From contig NW_021827544.1 of the NCBI RefSeq assembly GCF_006345805.1, positions 1 through 27,996 of the forward strand: a stretch of DNA of 27,996 nt, given 5' to 3'. Numbering within the stretch: the stretch's first letter is position 1; every line of letters starts with the position of its first letter. Positions 20,895 through 27,996 of the stretch are shown here, one piece after another. The position numbers and the translations under genes were made by a program. The DNA is from Octopus sinensis. Lineage: Eukaryota. The notes below the pieces were generated by a model. It was not told the origin of the DNA, searched no databases, and was given only the letters and a program-made list of their open reading frames with translations.

Positions 20895-21065
20895 TTTAAA
20901 CTGTTTCACACATTGGACTGCGGCCCAGCTTCGGCACCGCCTTGAAGGATTTAAATCGAAGAAAGGGGCCCCCCAGTACGTATGTTTAAGTCTGGTACTT
21001 GCTCTACTGGTCTCTTTTACCAAATCACTAGGTTGCAAACACCGGTTGTCTAACACAAGGACACA
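20895..21065 (-). mobile_element. Decayed family A 3' half
   Basis: ctgtttcacacattggactgcggc...gcaccgccttgaagg matches 17500-17550. Confidence 0.7.
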
Positions 21066-21252
21066 TATACATACACATACATACAGACTCATACACACAC
21101 GTATGTATGTATGTATGTATGTGTGTGTGTGTGCATATATGTTTTCTTGTCGCCTGTTACGTTATTGTTCCATTTTTTGTTTTGATTCTTTATATATACA
21201 TATAGCGGCGTACGTACACTTTTGATCTCCTGTAAGTACAAATATATGTATG

Positions 21253-21294
<42 letters not shown>

Positions 21295-21300
21295 ATACTC

Positions 21301-21707
21301 TTTTCTCTTTTACTCTTTTACTTGTTTCAGTCATTTGACTGCGGCCATGCTGGAGCACCGCCTTTTAGTCGAGCAAATTGACCCAGGGGACTTATTCTTT
21401 GTAAGCCCAGTACTTATTCTATCGGTCTCTTTTGCCGAACCGCTCAGTGACGGGGAGGTAAACACACCAGCATTGGTTGTCAAGCAATGCTAGGGGGACA
21501 AACACAGATACACAAACACACACACACATATATATATACATATATACGACAGGCTTCTTTCAGTTTCCGTCTACCAAATCCACTCACAAGGCATTGGTCG
21601 GCCCGGGGCTATAGCAGAAGACACTTGCCCAAGATGCCACGCAGTGGGACTGAACCCGGAACCATGTGGTTGGTTCGCAAGCTACTTGCCACACAGCCAC
21701 TCCTGCG

Positions 21708-21712
<5 letters not shown>
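21301..21712 (-). mobile_element. Full-length SINE family A
   Basis: tRNA head (B box ggttcagtccc), CORE-like ttgggcaagtg segment, internal microsatellite, tail ending (gagtaaaa)n. Confidence 0.93.

Positions 21713-21778
<66 letters not shown>
21713..21778. repeat. (TA)n microsatellite
   Basis: Directly visible. Confidence 0.98.
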
Positions 21779-21781
<3 letters not shown>

Positions 21782-21874
21782 ACGACTCTTACTCTTTCCT
21801 TTAGCCCCCTTCACACTTTCTTTGTTCCTTCCACTTTTCTTTTCTCTTAAACACTGGTGGTAAAGAAAAGGGTA

Positions 21875-22015
21875 TCTCCAGTTCTCTGAAGCTACAGGAT
21901 TTGTTTTGTATATAGACAGATTGGCTGTTTGTATCTCTAGGAATCATCAAGTGATTTAGACATCTCTGATGAGACACAAAAAAGGGTTGAAACCGATTAA
22001 AGCCACTCATCATTT
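21875..22015 (+). mobile_element. Decayed dispersed repeat with hammerhead-like core, copy 2
   Basis: Homologous to the reverse complement of 2218-2375. CTGATGA at 21966, stem GAC/GTT, GAAA at 21989. Confidence 0.55.
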
Positions 22016-22041
22016 TTCTCTTTTCAATCTACAGAAATATA

Positions 22042-22475
22042 TGTTGGCATACAATCTTTACTATAAAGTACTGTTGCTGAATATCTCACGTTGTGAGATT
22101 CCAAAATAGTAATTTTCTAATTTATAATTCAGTGACTAGTTGTCACTTTGAAAACTATATATTTCGAACAGGAATTTGGCAGCGCCACCTCTAGCCGAAC
22201 AATTATTCTGTGCTGATGAAGAGAAATAACCCAGAAATCGAGAAATACAGATATTGTTTTGAGCTGAGTGGGAGTTCTAGATTCCCTTGTTCGAAAATAT
22301 AAGGACGCATATCGTGTCGTATAGCCAGCTGGAGACGATGTCTCCTGCGGCTAAATTACAGCAACATTAGTCCTAAACCAGGACTGTCATGTTATGCTGG
22401 CAAACAATCTTTACTACAAAGTACTGTTGTTGAATATCTCATGTTGTGAGATTTAAAAATAAGTAATTTTCTAAT
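22042..22475 (+). mobile_element. 434-bp element with ~80-bp terminal direct repeats and 11-bp TSD
   Basis: Repeats at 22042-22121 and 22395-22475; acagaaatata at 22031-22041 and 22476-22486; central imperfect hairpin containing CTGATGA at 22213. Confidence 0.7.
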
Positions 22476-22527
22476 ACAGAAATATAGTTTCACTTGGCGT
22501 GTTTGAATGTCTTCTAAATAGATATAC

Positions 22528-22945
22528 ATAGGCGCAGGAGTGGCTCTGTGGTAAGTAGCTTGCTTACCAACAACATGGTTCCGGGTTCAGTCCCACTGTG
22601 TGGCATCTTGGGCAAGTGTTTTCTACTATAGACTCGGGCCGACCAAAGCCTTGTGAGTGGATTTGGTGGATGGAAACTGAAAGACACCCGTCGTATATAT
22701 GTATATATGTATATATATGTATGAGTGTGTTTGTGTGTCTGCGTTTGCCCCCTCCCACCCAACATCGCTTGACAACCGATGCTGGTGTGTTTACGTCCCC
22801 GTAACTTAGCGGTTCGGCAAAAGAGACCGATAGAATAAGTACTAGGCTTACAAAGAATAAGTCCTGGTGGTCGATTTGCTCGACTAAAGGCGGTGCTCCA
22901 GCATGGCTGCAGTCAAATGACTGAAACAAGTAAAAGAGTAAAAAG
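22528..22945 (+). mobile_element. Full-length SINE family A
   Basis: The first 168 nt differ from the reverse complement of the 21301-21712 copy at about 16 positions. Confidence 0.93.
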
Positions 22946-23070
22946 TGTAAATATGTAATGTCTGTCTGCGAGAAATGAGTGAGTAATAACAGGGTGAATA
23001 TGTGACCAGGATGAAGAAAAGCCTGTGGTTAAACAAAAAGAGCAGCAGTAGCAGCAGTGGCGGTGTGGAA

Positions 23071-23450
23071 GCACTCCGTCAGTTACGACGACGAGGGTTC
23101 CGGTAGATCCGGACAACGGAACAGCCTGCTCGTGAAATTAACGTGTAAGTGGCTGAGCACTCCACAGACACGTGTACCCTTAACGTAGTTCTCGGGGATA
23201 TTCAGCGTGACACAGAGAGTGACAAGGCCGGTCCTTTGAAATACAGGTACAACAGAAACAGGAAGTAAGAGTGAGAGAAAGTTGTGGCGAAAGAGTACAC
23301 CAGGGATCACCACCATCCCCTGCCGGAGCCTCATGGAGCTTTTAGGTGTTTTCGCTCAATAAACACTCACAACGCCCTGGTCTGGGAATCGAAACTGCGA
23401 TCCTACGACCGCGAGTTCGCTGCCCTCACCACTGGGCCATTGCGCCTCCA
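23071..23450 (-). mobile_element. Full-length tRNA-derived SINE, family B2
   Basis: Head tggaggcgcaatggcccagtggtgag...gtttcgattccc and body shared with B1; tail differs and is shared with 9201-9345. Confidence 0.9.
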
Positions 23451-23608
23451 CGGCAGTGGCGGTGGTGGTAACAACAGTAATGGTAGCAGCAGCAGTACAG
23501 TACATCTGTCAATGTATGACAAGTTGTAAGAAAACGGGGAAACGTCTAATATTACCAAGAGTTAATAAACACACATATCTACGAACGTACGAGCACAAGG
23601 CCTCGTTC

Positions 23609-23609
<1 letters not shown>

Positions 23610-23642
<33 letters not shown>

Positions 23643-23653
23643 CTGTGTGTATG

Positions 23654-23695
<42 letters not shown>

Positions 23696-23845
23696 TGTGT
23701 GTGTTTGTGTGTGTTCGTGCGTGCATGTTTGTGTGTGTTCGTGCGTGCGTGTGTGTGTGTGTGTGTGTGTTTGTGTGTGTATGTGTGTGTGTGTGTGTGT
23801 GTGTGTATGCTTGTGCGTGTATGTGTTTCTCTGTGTGTGTGTGTA
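23610..23845. repeat. (GT)n compound microsatellite
   Basis: Directly visible. Confidence 0.97.
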
Positions 23846-23999
23846 CTTGCGTTCGTGTCTGTGATAATTCAAGAAAAAAAAAGAAACCTTGGATATATTT
23901 ATTCTTATCAATTAATTGACTCATTTATCTATGTCTAAATTCATTTTCTTATCCTAAATATTTAATAGCCTTTCCAATTCACTGTATTTCACTTGTCAC

Positions 24000-24460
24000 T
24001 TCATCTTTTGCCAAAATATACATATAACGTAATATATACATATATTTATATATTATATAAGTATATATAGGTGTGTATGTATAAGTAATTTGTGGTGTTT
24101 GAAGTATTGTACGCAGCCTTATAAACACCGTTTTTTATTGCTAGTAAACTCTCAAAGTTAATTAGTCATATCAATATATATGTGCGTGTATATATTAATA
24201 TATATATACATGCATGTATGTATGTATATGCATATGTCTGTGTACAAATATATATATATATATATATATATCTGTAAGCACAATTATTGTATATATATAT
24301 AATATATGTATATATATGTGTATATATATGTATGTATATATATATATATATACATGCGTGTTATATGTATATATGTTAAATGAAGAATGTCGTTTGTTCC
24401 ATTTTCTATCATTACTCTGTTTCGGTGTGTGTGTTTTGTGTGTTTATATATATATATATA

Positions 24461-24507
<47 letters not shown>

Positions 24508-24630
24508 ATATATAAGCATACAAATATATATAAACATATAAATATACATATATATATATGTGTATATATATACACACACCATACGTATAAACATCTATAT
24601 ATAACGATATATTGCTACATTTATATATAA
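24000..24630. repeat. TA-rich low-complexity region
   Basis: Directly visible. Confidence 0.93.
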
Positions 24631-24654
24631 GTTATAAAGAATATATAAATGCAC

Positions 24655-24799
24655 GGCGCAGGAATGGCTGCGTGGGAAGTAACTTGCTTACTAACCAGAT
24701 GGTTCCAGGTGAAGTCCCACTGCATGGCACCTTAGGCAAGTGTCTTCCACTATAGCCTCGGGCCGACCGAAGCCTTATGAGTGGATTTGGTACAAACTG
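24655..24799 (+). mobile_element. SINE family A, 5' part
   Basis: ggcgcaggaatggctgcgtgg...gtggatttggta matches 22531-22670. Confidence 0.87.
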
Positions 24800-24823
24800 T
24801 ATATATATATATATATATATATA

Positions 24824-25389
24824 TTGGGTTGTCCGGAAAGTTCGTGCCGATTTATAGCAGCTTATCTTTCGACTTATTTTAGAACATGGTTGAGTCCATA
24901 AAATAGGATTTGACTACACTGCCATTTAGGGCACAGTTTAAGCTATCTTTTTATGGAAGAAGATTTGTGTTCCTATAACCTGTGTTAATTCTGTAAGCCT
25001 TTAAAATGGACGATAAGAAAGTTCATTTTCGGCACTTGATGCTTTGGGAACTAGACAAAAATTGCTGCAGCTCGGCTGGGATGTGTTACCCCACCCTCCA
25101 TATTCACCAAATATTGCTCCTTCGGATTTCCACTTATTCAGGCCTCTGCAGAATAGTCTTAATGGTAAAAATTTCAATTCCTTGGATGACGTAAAAAGAT
25201 ACCTTGATGAATTCTTTGCCATGAAACCAACTCAATTCTGGGAAGAGGGTTATTTTAAAGTTTAAGGAAAGATGGAGACGCATTGCACAACAAAATGGTT
25301 CATATTTGGTTGATTAAAAATGTAATGGCAAGTATTTATTGACCTTTTTCTTTCCTTTAAAAATCGGCACGAACTTTCCGGACAACCCA

Positions 25390-25390
<1 letters not shown>
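24824..25390 (+). mobile_element. Internally deleted mariner DNA transposon (567 bp)
   Basis: Perfect 30-bp TIRs ttgggttgtccggaaagttcgtgccgattt (24824-24853 and 25361-25390) with TA duplication at both ends. Confidence 0.97.
25006..25317 (+). pseudogene. Mariner transposase remnant (N-terminal stub joined to C-terminus)
   Basis: MDDKKVHFRHLML, then in another frame TRQKLLQLGWDVLPHPPYSPNIAPSDFHLFRPLQNSL (YSPDLAPxD motif) through ERWRRIAQQNGSYLVD*. Confidence 0.93.
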
Positions 25391-25450
<60 letters not shown>

Positions 25451-25456
<6 letters not shown>

Positions 25457-25710
25457 GTTCTTGAGCAAGGCACTTTATTTCACGTTGCTCCAGTTCACTC
25501 AGCTGTAGAAATGAGTTGCGACGTCACTGGTGCCAAGCTATATCGACTTTTGTCTTTGCCTTGGATAACACTGGTGGCGTGGAGAGGGGAGGCTGGTATG
25601 AATGGGCGACTGGGTCTTCCATAAACAACCTTGCCCGGACTTGTGTCTAGGAGGGTAACTTTCTAGGTGCAAATCCCATGGTCATTCATGACCGAAGGGG
25701 TCTTTACCCC
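25451..25710 (+). mobile_element. SINE family C lacking its tRNA head
   Basis: Co-linear with 10297-10558. Confidence 0.88.
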
Positions 25711-25714
25711 CCTT

Positions 25715-25752
<38 letters not shown>

Positions 25753-26434
25753 TGATGACATATGAGACGAACGTTTTATCTTAAAAATGTCTCAAAAAAA
25801 TCCCCGCAGGACCTGTAGGTGAAATTAGACCTTTCGTAAGCTTCAATGCAGTAAAATCTGCTTTTTTTTTCTTCTTGAGTATGCTTTGCTAAAATTAGAG
25901 ATAGCAATGCTAGTTAAGTTGCTGAATAGAATGAGGAGAGAAAGATCAAAGATGAATTTAGCTTGTATCGTTATGAATTCCACTGTATACACTTGTCACA
26001 ATGGACACTTCTACAACCTCGTCTGACCTACTCCCATCTCATCTACTTCATACTGGTCATTTTATACATCTCTGGTGTTTATATAAGATGCTTGCGATTC
26101 GTTTCCGACCCTGTAAAAAGCGAGCTAACTATGATTAATTGCTGTTTATAAATTGCATTTATAAATCGCATTATGATGTGATATCATGAATTATCTAACA
26201 CAGAAACATATGTAACATATAGAATAAAGGATTACTAAATCCGTACTTCGTAGTTCTTTCATAATATTTGCCATACGCTATAGAGCCCGCATAGAACACT
26301 TTCGGATCATACAGCAGATGGAATTTCACTTGAATACTATCAAGAACTGCAACCAATATGGAAATTTTGTTGGGCACCTAGCACAACCATTTCCACTTTT
26401 ATTTATCTATATCCATCTGTCAACCAGTATTTTT

Positions 26435-26477
26435 GTGTGTGTGTGTGTGTGTAGATAGAGAGAGAGAGATAAAAAAG

Positions 26478-26550
<73 letters not shown>

Positions 26551-26750
26551 CATGCATACATATATATTCATATATATAGATACATACACATAGATGTAGA
26601 TATATATATCTGCATATATATGAGCATGTATGTATGTATGTATGTATGTATGGATGGATGGATGGATGGATGGATGGATGGATTGATGGATGGATGGATG
26701 CATGTATGTATGTACGTATGCATGTATGTATATCAACATACACATACATA
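26435..26750. repeat. Compound (GT)(GA)(GATA)(TATG)(GATG) microsatellite
   Basis: Directly visible. Confidence 0.96.
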
Positions 26751-26860
26751 CGCAAGTTATTCATAAACTAGCTTTGCACTCTTTAAGGGGAAAGTATGTA
26801 TGTTCTGTCAATGAATCGTATACACATGACGAATGAAGCAAAGGCACTTAGTACGCAGGC

Positions 26861-26955
<95 letters not shown>

Positions 26956-26968
26956 GATAGATAGATAG
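26861..26968. repeat. (GATA)n microsatellite
   Basis: Directly visible. Confidence 0.98.
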
Positions 26969-27330
26969 AAACACGCCGCATAACTACTCGTCCTAATGAG
27001 TAAGACATTCGTTGTGAAACGTAACGTAATACGGCAAACCGGAAAGCCTTACAGAAACTACGAAAGCATACAAATAAAATTTGTAAGGAAATAAGATAAA
27101 TTAATATGTTGATAATGTAAACGAAAAACAGGCTTCTTGTTTGGATGTTTTACCAGCAAACATGCTTTATAATTAATGTTGTACTCGGTATCACTCATTG
27201 ATACGAATGTTATGTATATTTTGATACAAATATGTATCGTATGTGTTCTTCGTTAGTAGAAGTAAAACGAATAGAGTTTCTTTGAAGATGGTAAAATTAC
27301 AAGGCGGACGTAGTTTTATAGCCTGTGATG

Positions 27331-27393
<63 letters not shown>

Positions 27394-27427
27394 GATAAAG
27401 ACATGCATACATAACATACATATGTGG

Positions 27428-27465
<38 letters not shown>

Positions 27466-27566
27466 ATGTATGTATATATGCGTGAATGTGTATATACATA
27501 CATCCGTAAATATTCGTAAATATATATATATGCATATATATATATATATATATATTATAATATTTT

Positions 27567-27645
<79 letters not shown>

Positions 27646-27775
27646 TGTTTATGTGTATGTTTGTGTTTATTGAAGATTGTACACGTTTACACTTAAGTTG
27701 TAACTGATTCCTCATATACCTTGTGTGTGTGGATGTGTGGATGTGTGGATGTACATACATACATACATACATTCA
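27331..27775. repeat. (GATA)n/(TA)n/(CATA)n compound microsatellite region
   Basis: Directly visible. Confidence 0.95.
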
Positions 27776-27996
27776 AAATTACATGGATGTATACTGACTT
27801 GGACATATAGTAGAAAATTTTTAGTTGCATAAATCATCGTCGATTAAAGATCAGAATTATATTGACACCTTTGAAAGATATATCCTGTACGGCCGCTTGA
27901 TCCGCTAGAAATAGCACCTAAATCACTCTTCGATCTAACCCTACAATGAATGAAGCCTTGAAGGAAGACCTTAAAAATGATCAAGTAGTTTGGGAT

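Noticed and set aside
26195-26377. 60-aa non-repetitive minus-strand ORF
   Set aside because: No recognisable motif or convincing splice pair; length is within chance expectation.
256-27772. Most ORFs in the supplied six-frame track (poly-SIYL, poly-YI, poly-LS, poly-V/G, poly-L/I/F)
   Set aside because: They are translations of microsatellites that lack stop codons in some frames; no coding evidence.
27870-27960. Possible further SINE tail (gatccgctagaaatagc...)
   Set aside because: Single copy at the window edge with no internal support.

Overview
AT-rich, microsatellite-saturated eukaryotic DNA with no intact long ORF. Microsatellite load and SINE types suggest a coleoid cephalopod, probably Octopus (inference). 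The window is most likely intronic or intergenic. It holds about 20 copies or fragments of several tRNA-headed SINE families (my labels A, B1/B2, C, D, G), a 5'-truncated L1/Tx1 LINE flanked by (GATA)n, a decayed Buster-type hAT transposase whose coding sequence is amplified into a ~160-bp tandem array, an internally deleted mariner with perfect TIRs, a HINE-like element, a 248-bp foldback, an LTR-like repeat pair and three weak exon candidates. Main highlights: (1) four hammerhead-ribozyme-like cores of the minimal Penelope type, the best in the tail of a Pol III tRNA-headed SINE; (2) a Nin-type SINE sharing its 3' end (34/42 nt) with the Tx1/L1 LINE in this window. Nearly all supplied ORFs are microsatellite artefacts. 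All alignments, identities and boundaries are by eye and approximate.
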